The notes under the pieces are model-generated. The model did not search any database. It was given only the letters and a program-made list of their open reading frames with translations, and had not been told where the DNA came from. The position numbers and the translations under genes were made by a program. 64,000 nt of DNA from Clostridiales bacterium (GTDB lineage Bacteria; Bacillota; Clostridia; Saccharofermentanales; Saccharofermentanaceae): contig JAFWDK010000010.1 of assembly GCA_017513085.1 (NCBI GenBank), forward strand, positions 32,001-96,000. The letters are read 5' to 3'. Of this stretch, positions 1 to 9,679 are shown one piece after another (the first letter of the stretch is position 1; each line of letters begins with the position of its first letter).

Positions 1-672
1 TTTGTCACAGTCAACGGTGCTCAGGATCTCTTCGGAAAAGTAAAAAGAGTTATGGCTTCCCTGTTCGTAGGACAGGCGAGGGTAGGGCTTGAGATCGGCT
101 AGACTCAGGCTCTTCTTTTTTGCAAGCGGGGAACCTTTGCCGATAAAAACATGTGGTTTCGCCGTGAATAAAGGTTCAAAGATAAGGTTGTTATCTCGAA
201 GAGTCTTGCGGATGATCGTCTCATTAAACTCATTCAAATAAAGGATACCGATCTCGCTTCGAAGACGGGCAACATCTTCGATAATGTCATATGTCTCGGT
301 TTCGCGCATATGGAATTCGTATTTTTCTCCACCATACTTTTTCAGTAATTCTACAAATGCTTCCACGACAAAAGAGTAGTGCTGGGAAGATACACAGAAT
401 CGGACTTTTCCTTGCGTTTTTCCTGTATAGCGCTCGTTAAAAAGATCGGCCTGGTCGAGGATCTGCCGGGCATAACCCAGGAATTCCTCTCCCTCTTTGG
501 TGACCTCGATACCTTTGTTGCTTCGGGAAAAGATGGTGATCGAGTATTCTTTTTCCAATTCCAGGATAGCGGAAGTAAGGCTCGGTTGAGCGATGAAGAG
601 TCGCTTGGCGGCTTCGGTCATATTTCCTGTATCGGCTACGGTCACGGCGTAGCGGAGCTGTTTGAGTGTCAT
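1..672 (-). CDS. LysR-family transcriptional regulator (MetR/MtaR-like), 3' end runs off the window
   Basis: Not in the ORF track. The reverse complement from ATG at 672 reads MTLKQLRYAVTVADTGNMTEAAKRLFIAQPSLTSAILELEKEY, a classic LysR HTH. It is divergent from metE and has an AGGAG RBS upstream. Confidence 0.92.
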   Translation of the reverse strand, partial: MTLKQLRYAVTVADTGNMTEAAKRLFIAQPSLTSAILELEKEYSITIFSRSNKGIEVTKEGEEFLGYARQILDQADLFNERYTGKTQGKVRFCVSSQHYSFVVEAFVELLKKYGGEKYEFHMRETETYDIIEDVARLRSEIGILYLNEFNETIIRKTLRDNNLIFEPLFTAKPHVFIGKGSPLAKKKSLSLADLKPYPRLSYEQGSHNSFYFSEEILSTVDCDK

Positions 673-700
673 AACGTTATAATTTCTCCTTATTACGTGC

Positions 701-748
701 AATAGGCGGCACCTATAATTATATCATTGGTTATAGAAAAAATCTATG
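701..748. promoter_or_regulatory. Two 17-bp LysR-type dyad boxes (ATAG-N7-CTAT core)
   Basis: AATAG-gcggcac-CTATA (701-717) and TATAG-aaaaaat-CTATG (732-748), 31 bp apart, lie between the LysR gene and metE. They resemble the streptococcal MET box TATAG-N7-CTATA. Confidence 0.6.
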
Positions 749-832
749 GTAAAGACACTAAAAGATGTATTTTACCTATCACATACGTAGGTCTATACTT
801 CGCTTAACAACAACGAAAGCGAGAGGAAAAAT

Positions 833-3088
833 ATGAAAACGTCAGTTATTGGTTTTTCGAGAATCGGAAGAAATAGAGAATTAAAGTTTGCATCTGAAAA
901 GTTCTTTAAAGGTGAGATCCAGGAGACAGAACTTCAGGATGTGGCCCGTGAGATCCGTGAGTTAAATCTGACTACCCAGAAGCACGCAGGCATTGACCTG
1001 ATCGCAAGTAACGATTTTTCTTTTTACGATAATGTTTTGGATACAGCATTTCTTTTCAATATTATCCCGCAAAGATACAAAGATCTGGGCCTTTCGGAAC
1101 TCCAGACGTATTTTGCCGCCGCACGCGGTTACCAGGGCGAAAAGGGTAATGTAAAAGCACTGGCCATGAAGAAGTGGTTTAACACAAATTATCACTATAT
1201 CGTTCCGGAGTTTGAAGATGATACCAAGATTCAGCTTGTCGGAAACAAGCCGGTTGACGAATATGTTGAAGCACGTAATCTGGGTGTAGAAACAAAAGTG
1301 CAGATCGTAGGTCCTTTTACTTTCCTGAAGCTTACCAAGTTTGTGGGAAACAAGAAAGCAGAGGATATCGCGGAAACTCTGACGGCAGAGTATGGAGCAC
1401 TTTTTTCTAAACTCTCTTCGGCCGGCGCCTCGTGGATCCAGATCGATGAACCGTACCTTGTACGCGATCTGGATGAGCAGGACAAAGTGCTTTTCAAGAA
1501 GATCTACGGGCAGCTTCTTTCCGACAAGAAGGGACTTAAGGTTTTGCTTCAGACGTATTTCGGTGATGTGCGCGATGTTTATGAGGAGATCACTTCTTTG
1601 GATGTGGATGCCATCGGACTTGATTTTCTCGAGGGTATCAAGACATTGTCTCTTCTGAAGGAGAAGGGTTTCCCGAAGGAAAAGATCCTTGTGGCAGGTG
1701 TCGTGAACGGAAAGAATATCTGGAAGAACAGCTACGAGAAAACAAACGGGATCTTGAACGAGATCAAGACTTCGGTTAATGAGGACAACCTTTATATCGG
1801 AACTTCCTGCTCACTTTTGCATGTTCCGTATACTCTCGAAAGTGAGACAAAACTTCCGGCGGAGTACAAGAAACACTTTGCTTTTGCGGAAGAAAAACTG
1901 GTTGAACTTCATGAACTTTCCGGCCTCTCAAAGGAAACTCTTGCAGCAAATCAGGCACTCTTTGAAACGCGCGTGGATAGTGTGGATGAAGATGTGCGCC
2001 AGAGAGTCGCGGCTATAAAGGAATCTGATTACACAAGACTTCCGGTATTCGAAGAGAGAGAAGCGATTCAGAAAAAAGCACTGGGGCTTCCGATTTTCCC
2101 GACAACGACGATCGGTTCTTTTCCGCAGACCGCGGATGTCCGTAAAAACAGAAGTGATTTCAGAAAAGGTGAGATCAGTAAGACAGAGTATGTGGAGTTT
2201 AACCGAAAGAAGATCGAAGAGTGCATCCGTCTTCAGGAAGAACTCGGATTGGACGTTCTTGTTCATGGCGAATTTGAAAGAAACGACATGGTCGAGTATT
2301 TCGGCGAACATCTGTCCGGCTATGTATTTACCGAAAAAGCGTGGGTGCTTTCCTATGGAACCAGATGCGTGAAGCCGCCGATCATCTGGGGCGATGTTTC
2401 CAGAAAAGAGTCTATCACGGTCGAATGGTCACGATTTGCCAAGAGCTGCACAGATAAGCCGGTTAAGGGCATGCTGACCGGTCCGGTGACGATCCTGAAC
2501 TGGTCCTTCCCGAGAGAAGATATTACGATCAAGGAGAGTGTGCTGCAAATTGCATTGGCCATCCGGGATGAGGTTCTGGATCTGGAGGCGAATGGTATCA
2601 ACATCATCCAGATCGATGAGGCTGCGCTTCGTGAGAAACTTCCGCTTCGTAAATCGGACTGGTACAGTGAATACCTTGATTTTGCCATTCCTGCATTCCG
2701 GCTTGTGCATAGCGGCGTGAAAGCGGAAACCCAGATCCACACGCATATGTGCTATAGCGAATTTACGGATATTATTCCGGCAATCGATTCTATGGATGCT
2801 GACGTGATCACTTTCGAAGCTTCCCGTTCCGATCTGCAGATCCTCGATGCACTGAAAGAGAATCACTTTAAGACAGAAGTCGGACCTGGCGTATACGATA
2901 TTCACAGCCCGCGTGTTCCGTCAGTAGAAGAACTGGTCGGTCAGCTTACCAAGATCCGTGAAAAGACTGAGGACAGCAAACTGTGGGTCAACCCGGACTG
3001 CGGTCTCAAGACACGTGGAGAAGAAGAAACGGTGAAGAGCCTTAGAAATCTTGTGGAAGCAGCTAAGATCATCAGAGAAAAAGCATAA
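833..3088 (+). CDS. metE: Cobalamin-independent methionine synthase
   Basis: 751 aa. Motifs [39 protein letters not shown] and [11 protein letters not shown]. Confidence 0.98.
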   Translation: MKTSVIGFSRIGRNRELKFASEKFFKGEIQETELQDVAREIRELNLTTQKHAGIDLIASNDFSFYDNVLDTAFLFNIIPQRYKDLGLSELQTYFAAARGYQGEKGNVKALAMKKWFNTNYHYIVPEFEDDTKIQLVGNKPVDEYVEARNLGVETKVQIVGPFTFLKLTKFVGNKKAEDIAETLTAEYGALFSKLSSAGASWIQIDEPYLVRDLDEQDKVLFKKIYGQLLSDKKGLKVLLQTYFGDVRDVYEEITSLDVDAIGLDFLEGIKTLSLLKEKGFPKEKILVAGVVNGKNIWKNSYEKTNGILNEIKTSVNEDNLYIGTSCSLLHVPYTLESETKLPAEYKKHFAFAEEKLVELHELSGLSKETLAANQALFETRVDSVDEDVRQRVAAIKESDYTRLPVFEEREAIQKKALGLPIFPTTTIGSFPQTADVRKNRSDFRKGEISKTEYVEFNRKKIEECIRLQEELGLDVLVHGEFERNDMVEYFGEHLSGYVFTEKAWVLSYGTRCVKPPIIWGDVSRKESITVEWSRFAKSCTDKPVKGMLTGPVTILNWSFPREDITIKESVLQIALAIRDEVLDLEANGINIIQIDEAALREKLPLRKSDWYSEYLDFAIPAFRLVHSGVKAETQIHTHMCYSEFTDIIPAIDSMDADVITFEASRSDLQILDALKENHFKTEVGPGVYDIHSPRVPSVEELVGQLTKIREKTEDSKLWVNPDCGLKTRGEEETVKSLRNLVEAAKIIREKA

Positions 3089-3100
3089 GAATCGGAAGAG

Positions 3101-3140
3101 CACGGTTGGGGATGGTCAAGTGATCGACCATTCCACCGTG
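3101..3140 (+). other. Intergenic stem-loop between metE and metF
   Basis: Imperfect inverted repeat CACGGT..ATGGTC / GACCAT..ACCGTG followed by only a short T run. Confidence 0.5.
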
Positions 3141-3161
3141 TTTGGATCGGAGTGAGAAAAA

Positions 3162-4022
3162 GTGAAGATCAAAGATATTTACAAACAGAATAAGAAGAGC
3201 TTATCTTTCGAGATCTTTCCGCCGAAGAAGGATACGGAACTGGAAAGCATCGATGAGACTTTGGAAGTGCTCTGTGAACTTGATCCGGATTTTATCAGTG
3301 TAACTTTCGGCGCAGGCGGAAGCAGCAATAGTAACCGCACGATCGAGATTGCAAAGAACATTAAGAAACGATATGGTGTGGAACCGGTAGTACACTTGAC
3401 TTCACTTCATTACGACAAATCGGAGATCGATGAGTTTGCCAAAGTCATGGAAGCGGAGGGGATCGAAAATATCCTTGCTCTCCGCGGAGACCGTACGCCG
3501 AAGGTTGCTGAAAAAGATGACTTTCACCATGCATCAGATCTGATCTCCTATCTCTCCGAAAAACATGATTTCTGCTTTTTAGGCGCATGCTATCCGGAGT
3601 GTCATCCGGAATCGGATGGCAATGTGAATGACATCAAAGGATTAAAAAAGAAGGTTGATTCCGGTGCATCAGTACTTCTTTCCCAACTCTTCTTCGATAA
3701 TGAGAGATTTTACGATTTCTGCGAACGCTGTAAGATCGCAGGTATCGACGTGCCGATCATTCCGGGCATTATGCCGGTGATCAATGCCGCTCAGATCCGA
3801 CGCATGCTTTCCATCTGTAATGCTACTTTCCCGGAACGGTTTAAGCGCATCATCAAGAAATACGATGACAGAAAAGAAGCGCTCTTTGATGCAGGTTTGT
3901 CATATGCACTTAGTCAGATCATCGATCTTCTTACCAGCGATATCCCGGGTATCCATCTTTATACGATGAATAACCCGGTCGTGGCCAGACGTATCTGCGA
4001 AGGAATACGGAATATCGTCTGA
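3162..4022 (+). CDS. metF: 5,10-methylenetetrahydrofolate reductase
   Basis: Motifs SFEIFPPK, SVTFGAGGS, ILALRGD, ACYPECHPE, SQLFFDN and HLYTMN. GTG start. Confidence 0.96.
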   Translation: MKIKDIYKQNKKSLSFEIFPPKKDTELESIDETLEVLCELDPDFISVTFGAGGSSNSNRTIEIAKNIKKRYGVEPVVHLTSLHYDKSEIDEFAKVMEAEGIENILALRGDRTPKVAEKDDFHHASDLISYLSEKHDFCFLGACYPECHPESDGNVNDIKGLKKKVDSGASVLLSQLFFDNERFYDFCERCKIAGIDVPIIPGIMPVINAAQIRRMLSICNATFPERFKRIIKKYDDRKEALFDAGLSYALSQIIDLLTSDIPGIHLYTMNNPVVARRICEGIRNIV

Positions 4023-4031
4023 ATCTTGCGC

Positions 4032-5879
4032 TTACATATCTTCCATCTGCGAAACATAAAGGTGATAGTAATCGCCTTTTTTCGCTATCAACTCATCGTG
4101 CGTGCCACTCTCGGTGATTCCGCCGTGATCGATATACATGATCCTGTCGCAATTCCTGATCGTAGAGAGGCGATGGGCGATAATGAATGAAGTCCTACCC
4201 TTCAGCATGGCATCCAAGCCCTTCTGAAGGGCTTTTTCTGTCTGCACATCAATACTTGAAGTTGCCTCGTCCAGTACGAGAAGAGCCGGATCGGAAAGAA
4301 GTGTTCTGGCAAAAGAAATCAACTGCTTCTGTCCCTGGGAAAGTGTAGAGCCACGCTCTTTGACTTCAGTCTGATATCCGTTAGGCATTTTAGCGATGAA
4401 TGCATCGGCACAGACGGCTTGGCTGGCGGAGCGGATCTCTTCCTTGGTTGCGGAAAGTTTTCCGTAGCGGATGTTGTCTTCGACCGTTCCGGAGAAGATG
4501 AAACTGTCTTGGAGCATGATGCCCATCTGAGAGCGCAACGACTTAAGCGTGACATCGGAGATGTCCTGTCCATCGATAAGGATCTTTCCGGAATCCAGAT
4601 TATAGAAGCGGGAGATCAGACTGACGATAGTGCTTTTGCCGGCACCGGTCGGACCTACGAGAGCGATGCTCTGTCCGGGTGTAACTTTGAATGAAACATC
4701 GTGCAAGACTTCTTCGCCTTTTTCATAAGAGAAGCAAACATTCTGAAACTCCACTTCGCCCTTGATCTGAGGCATCTCTACAGCATTATCTTTGTTCTTG
4801 ACTTCGACCGGTTCGTCGATGGTCTCGAAGATGCGCTCCAGATAGGCCATATTGTTGATGAAGTTGTTGAAGATGTTTCCGAGATTCATGATCGGCTGCC
4901 AGAATCTGGCCGCATAACTGGAGATTGCGACAATAGAACCGAGCGTTTCCTGTCCGTTCTCAAAAAGGATCAGACCGACTACGAAGATCGATGCGCGTAC
5001 CAGGACAGAAATACTGTCGATGCCCGGCCAGACAAGGTTCGTGTAACGGACGGCGCCCATCCAGGTGCTGCGGCAATCGTTGGAGAGATGTTCAAATATA
5101 TCGGCGTTCTCATCCTCGCGGGAGAAGATCTGGGTGATCTTGGCGCCAACGATGTTCTCCTGAAGATATGCATTAAGATTGGAGTTCTTGTTGGAGACCA
5201 TACGCCATGCTTTTCTTTGCCTGTTCTTGATCCAGAACAGGAAGAAAGCGAGGATCGGAACTCCGGTCATAACTACCAGCGAAAGCTTAACATCCGTAGT
5301 AAACATAAAGATCACTATGAAGATCAGATTGATGATCTCTAAGATCGCATTGATCAGACCGTTCGAAAGCATATCACAAACTGAGTTGACATAGTTTACG
5401 ACACGGATCAGGATCTTACCATGTGGACGGTCGTCATAGTATCGGAAAGGCAGTTCCTGCAGATGCGCGAAAAGATCTTTCCGGATGTCGTATACGATAT
5501 CCTGCGATGTGCGCTCCATAATGTGGGAACGTATTGTATAGAAGATGATGCTGATACCGTAGGCAATGATCAGAAGAAGGATCAGACGCTGGAGCATCGG
5601 CTTGTCTTTATTCGGAATGACCACATCCAGTGCTTCCTTCGTGATCTTCGGCGCAAAAAGCGCTGCGATCGCGCCGAGTGCGCTTAGAATCAGTGCGATG
5701 ATCATCTTTAACGAATATTTCTTGATGTATTTCCAGGCGCGCAGAAGGTGTCTGAAACTGAATGGCTCTTCCAGCGTCTCGTCTACACGGTATGTGTTAC
5801 GCTTAGGCTGCTTCGGATCCTGTGCGGGTTCTCTTTCCGGAACTTGTTTCGGATCAGGATTGTTTCTTTGTTTAGCCAT
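4032..5879 (-). CDS. ABC exporter half-transporter (TMD+NBD), consensus catalytic subunit of a heterodimer
   Basis: N-terminal membrane helices, then GPTGAGKS, LSQGQKQ, LLVLDEATS and AHRL. Confidence 0.93.
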   Translation of the reverse strand: MAKQRNNPDPKQVPEREPAQDPKQPKRNTYRVDETLEEPFSFRHLLRAWKYIKKYSLKMIIALILSALGAIAALFAPKITKEALDVVIPNKDKPMLQRLILLLIIAYGISIIFYTIRSHIMERTSQDIVYDIRKDLFAHLQELPFRYYDDRPHGKILIRVVNYVNSVCDMLSNGLINAILEIINLIFIVIFMFTTDVKLSLVVMTGVPILAFFLFWIKNRQRKAWRMVSNKNSNLNAYLQENIVGAKITQIFSREDENADIFEHLSNDCRSTWMGAVRYTNLVWPGIDSISVLVRASIFVVGLILFENGQETLGSIVAISSYAARFWQPIMNLGNIFNNFINNMAYLERIFETIDEPVEVKNKDNAVEMPQIKGEVEFQNVCFSYEKGEEVLHDVSFKVTPGQSIALVGPTGAGKSTIVSLISRFYNLDSGKILIDGQDISDVTLKSLRSQMGIMLQDSFIFSGTVEDNIRYGKLSATKEEIRSASQAVCADAFIAKMPNGYQTEVKERGSTLSQGQKQLISFARTLLSDPALLVLDEATSSIDVQTEKALQKGLDAMLKGRTSFIIAHRLSTIRNCDRIMYIDHGGITESGTHDELIAKKGDYYHLYVSQMEDM

Positions 5880-5880
5880 G

Positions 5881-7689
5881 TCAGATCACCTCCTTTTCTG
5901 AAGTGTGGTGCAGGGGATCGGTGCCGGTCTGCAGTTTTACCAGTTCGGCATAATAGCCGTTCTTGGCGAGTAGTTCATCATGAGTGCCGGATTCTGAGAT
6001 CTTCCCATTCTGCAGGATCAGTATTTTGTCTGCCTTTTTGGTCGTGGAAATACGCTGCGCAATGATGATCTTTGTGCAGGGGAAATCCAACTCGGAAAGA
6101 CTTTTCTGAATCTGCTTTTCGGTTTCCATATCGACGGCGGATGTTGTGTCATCCAGGATCAGGATCGAAGGACGGACAGCCAGAGCACGTGCCAAGGAGA
6201 TGCGCTGCTTCTGACCGCCGGATAGTCCGACGCCGCACTCGCCGACGATCGTCTCATAGCCTTCCGGCATTTTAGAGATGAATTCATCTGCTGCAGAATA
6301 GCGGGCAAATTTGATCACGTTTTCTTTTGTGATGTTAGAGTTACCGTATGCGATGTTGCCATCGATCGTATCAGAGTAGAGAAGTACATCCTGGGTGGCC
6401 ATTCCGATGCTTGTCCGCAATTGCTTGAGTTTAAGTTTGCTGACATCCAGGTCATCGATCAGGACCTGTCCCTTTGTCGGTTCATAAAACCTCGGGATAA
6501 GCTGGATCAAAGAAGTTTTTCCGCAGCCTGTCTCGCCCATGATCGCGATCGTCTCACCGGGGTTAGCGGTAAAACTGATGTCGGTAAGAACCGGAAGATC
6601 AGCATCCTCATACTGAAAACTAACGTTTTTGAATTCCACTTTACCTTTGAATCGATCCGGATGATCGAGCGCATCCTCGGCATCCACGATCTTCGGTTCG
6701 CTATAGTAGATCTCCATTACTTTATCTGCAGCAGCGGAGAAACGCTGGAATTCGTTGAGAATATTGCCGAGAAGTCTCATCGGGTTGGCGATTGCCCACA
6801 TCAATCCGGAGAAGGCGACAAATTCACCCATGGTCATCTCGTCTTTCATGAGAAGCGTACCGCCGACCCAGAGAAGAACGACCGGGAGAAGGTTGGCACA
6901 TGTTTCCACAAAGGGGAAGAACTTGATCCAAACCAAGCGGGTCTTCTTGTTTGTTTCGGCGTAGTCTTTGTTGCTCTCGTCAAATTTGCTGATCTCATAG
7001 TCTTCCCGTGAGAATGCTTTCACGACACGGTTGCCGGAGATGTTTTCCTGCGCTGCAGTATTCATCTGCGCGTGCTTTTCGCGAAGAAGCGCATGCATCG
7101 GAGCAACTTTCTTGCGGAACGTGAAAACGATCAGAAAAATGACAGGTGCCAGTGCGACGATACAGATCGCGAGTTTCCAGTTCATGTAGAAAAAATAGAT
7201 CGAGACAACGGTGAAGAGGGCGAAACACTCGATGATCATGCGGACGACCCAGGCTACGTTATGCCGGACAGCATCGAGGTCGCCGGTGAGACGGGTCATG
7301 AGGTCGCCGGTCCGGTACTCATTGTAGAAGTGCATGTCCTGATGTTCGATCTTGGCAAACAGAAAATTACGAATTCTGTAGAGTGCTCGCTGTGAGACGT
7401 GCTCATAGGCCATGCAATCGAGATAAACGATCAGGGCGCGAAGCATAGTAAAGCCCACCATGCAGCCGATCAGTGTGTAAAATTCCTTCTTGTTGGATTG
7501 AAAATGCGCCGCCGCGTCTTCTCCGGAAAGAAAGCGGTCTACGATCATTTGTGAAAAGAAGGGGACGGATAGCTGCAGGATGTTGTAAAGCAGGGTTCCG
7601 ATCATGGCAAGGATAAAGACTCCCCGAAGACCGGCAATGTTGTCCCAGATCCAGTGAAGTTTGGTCCGTGGAAAGTTCTTTTTCGACAT
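5881..7689 (-). CDS. ABC exporter half-transporter (TMD+NBD), degenerate subunit
   Basis: GETGCGKT and LSGGQKQ. Walker B is ILILDDT (E to D) and the switch is AQRI (H to Q), as in heterodimeric multidrug exporters. Confidence 0.93.
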   Translation of the reverse strand: MSKKNFPRTKLHWIWDNIAGLRGVFILAMIGTLLYNILQLSVPFFSQMIVDRFLSGEDAAAHFQSNKKEFYTLIGCMVGFTMLRALIVYLDCMAYEHVSQRALYRIRNFLFAKIEHQDMHFYNEYRTGDLMTRLTGDLDAVRHNVAWVVRMIIECFALFTVVSIYFFYMNWKLAICIVALAPVIFLIVFTFRKKVAPMHALLREKHAQMNTAAQENISGNRVVKAFSREDYEISKFDESNKDYAETNKKTRLVWIKFFPFVETCANLLPVVLLWVGGTLLMKDEMTMGEFVAFSGLMWAIANPMRLLGNILNEFQRFSAAADKVMEIYYSEPKIVDAEDALDHPDRFKGKVEFKNVSFQYEDADLPVLTDISFTANPGETIAIMGETGCGKTSLIQLIPRFYEPTKGQVLIDDLDVSKLKLKQLRTSIGMATQDVLLYSDTIDGNIAYGNSNITKENVIKFARYSAADEFISKMPEGYETIVGECGVGLSGGQKQRISLARALAVRPSILILDDTTSAVDMETEKQIQKSLSELDFPCTKIIIAQRISTTKKADKILILQNGKISESGTHDELLAKNGYYAELVKLQTGTDPLHHTSEKEVI

Positions 7690-7922
7690 GGATATCTGCC
7701 TCTCTTTCGTTAAAGTGTTTGAACATTATAGCACTTTGGATGCGGAAGAAAATACTACCGTTAGTATATTTATATCAATTTGCAAACTGTGTTTATTCTT
7801 TGGAAAAATGATCAAAAACGAAATAGAATAAATCGGACATTGGAAACACTTCAGCTATTTATAAAATTGCTCGATTATTATACAATAGTAAGTGTCAAAT
7901 CAGGGGCAGGGGAAAGCATCAT

Positions 7923-9665
7923 ATGATTCTTGTGGATAAGTTCAAGAGTTTTACTACGAAGACGAAGATCATCCTTTTATGCGGGATCTTGGCTCTTATT
8001 GCGGCTGCGGTCGCGATCTATTTCATTTTCTTCAGCGGCGGATACTATGCAACTACGATGAGGCTTCTGCGTGTTGAGGGAACTGTCAGTATTGAAGACT
8101 CCAAAGGTAAATCCAAACCGGTGATCGATAATATTCTTTTTCATACAGGTGACGCGCTGAATACCGGAGCTGATGGTTTGGCGTCTGTCGGTCTGGACGA
8201 CACGAAGGTCGTAACGCTGGAGTCCAACAGCCGGGCGGAGTTTGTAAAAAGAAGAAAACAGCTTGAATTGAAACTTACAAAGGGTGCGCTGTTCTTCGAA
8301 GTCACAGAGCATCTGAAAGATGATGAGAAGTTTGAGATCAAGACTTCAACCATGACCGCGGGTATCCGCGGAACATCCGGTTACATTTTCTATGATGTGG
8401 ACGGAAGGGAATCCCTGGTCGTTACGGATGGGTTGGTGCATGTAGTCGCGGTCAATCCGCAGACAGGTGAAGTAAAAGAGACTGATGTTCCTGCAGGTCA
8501 GAAAGTGAAAGTCTATCTATATTCCGAAGACAGACCGGAGGGAAGTATCGAATTCTTCCTGGATCAGTTGCAGGAAGATGAGATTCCTGTATTTTCATTG
8601 AAGATGCTTGCGGAAAATCCGAAACTTCTTGCCAAAGTTTGTGAATATACAGGTTGGGATCCTCAGGTGATCCTTGATCTGGCATCGGGTAAAATCAAAC
8701 CTGAACAAGAGCCTGATACAGAAGTAACACCGACGCCGTCTCCGGCTCTGACAGATACGCCGACTCCAAAGCTGACGGCAACTCCGTCACCGACACCGGA
8801 TACGACTGTTACTCCGACACCGCCTGCCCAGACGACGATCACGCCGACCAGGGGTGCGGCACCTACTGATACTCCGGTACCTTCTCCGACTCCGACAGAT
8901 GTACCGACGCAGTCGCCGACACCTTCTCCTGAGGTGACGTTAACACCGACTGTTGCACCTACGTTGACTCCGACACCGGTCCCTGTACCGCCGACTCCTT
9001 CACCGGAACCGACGCTCAGTCCGACACCGGCTCCTGTTCCGACACCGACGCCTGAACCGGATCCGACTTTGACGCCGACTCCTGTACCGACGATCACACC
9101 TACTCCGGTTCTGACGCCGACTCCGACTCCAACGACGGAGCCGACACCGACGTTGACACCAACACCTGAACCGACAGCGACACCAACACCGACTCCGGCC
9201 CCGACGCTTACCTCGACTCCTACTCCGAAGCCGACGTTGACTCCGACGCCAACGTCCACGCCGACACCAACGTCCACGCCGACGCCAACGTCTACACCGA
9301 CGCCAACGTCCACTCCGACACCAACGTCTACACCGACACCAACGTCTACACCGACACCTACGTCTACACCGACGCCAACATCCACACCGACGCCAACGCC
9401 GGAATTGTCGCCGACCCCGACGCCGGAACCGATTCCAGACATTGAGAATCTGCCGGAAGGCTATGGCGAAACGATCGAGTGGGATGAAGAGAACCTTGTC
9501 TTTATCCTTTGGGGATTGAATGATGAAGAGGAAGAAACGTTTATCGGATATGTGGATGGTGAGTGGATCGAACTGACGTATACAGAGGAGGAAGTCGGCA
9601 GTGATATTGTTGAGACCTTCTCTTATGTGAAGAACGGGGAGACGATCATATATTATAAGAGATGA
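7923..9665 (+). CDS. Membrane-anchored FecR-domain protein with a long Pro/Thr stalk and an acidic C-terminal domain
   Basis: N-terminal TM helix. FecR-like segment [18 protein letters not shown]...[12 protein letters not shown]...[15 protein letters not shown]...VTDGLVHV. About 240 aa of PT-rich linker and a ~75 aa acidic tail. Confidence 0.8.
   Translation: MILVDKFKSFTTKTKIILLCGILALIAAAVAIYFIFFSGGYYATTMRLLRVEGTVSIEDSKGKSKPVIDNILFHTGDALNTGADGLASVGLDDTKVVTLESNSRAEFVKRRKQLELKLTKGALFFEVTEHLKDDEKFEIKTSTMTAGIRGTSGYIFYDVDGRESLVVTDGLVHVVAVNPQTGEVKETDVPAGQKVKVYLYSEDRPEGSIEFFLDQLQEDEIPVFSLKMLAENPKLLAKVCEYTGWDPQVILDLASGKIKPEQEPDTEVTPTPSPALTDTPTPKLTATPSPTPDTTVTPTPPAQTTITPTRGAAPTDTPVPSPTPTDVPTQSPTPSPEVTLTPTVAPTLTPTPVPVPPTPSPEPTLSPTPAPVPTPTPEPDPTLTPTPVPTITPTPVLTPTPTPTTEPTPTLTPTPEPTATPTPTPAPTLTSTPTPKPTLTPTPTSTPTPTSTPTPTSTPTPTSTPTPTSTPTPTSTPTPTSTPTPTSTPTPTPELSPTPTPEPIPDIENLPEGYGETIEWDEENLVFILWGLNDEEEETFIGYVDGEWIELTYTEEEVGSDIVETFSYVKNGETIIYYKR
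9243..9386 (+). repeat. 8 x 18-bp in-frame tandem repeat encoding PTPTST
   Basis: Approximate consensus ccgacRccaacgtcYacN, with units starting at 9243, 9261, 9279, 9297, 9315, 9333, 9351 and 9369. Confidence 0.95.
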
Positions 9666-9679
9666 TCTGGTAAAAACGC

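Noticed and set aside
379-705. 108-aa plus-strand ORF
   Set aside because: It is the antisense shadow of the LysR gene on the minus strand.
9243-9398. Possible CRISPR array
   Set aside because: The 18-bp units are contiguous with no spacers, lie in frame within a CDS, and there are no cas genes.
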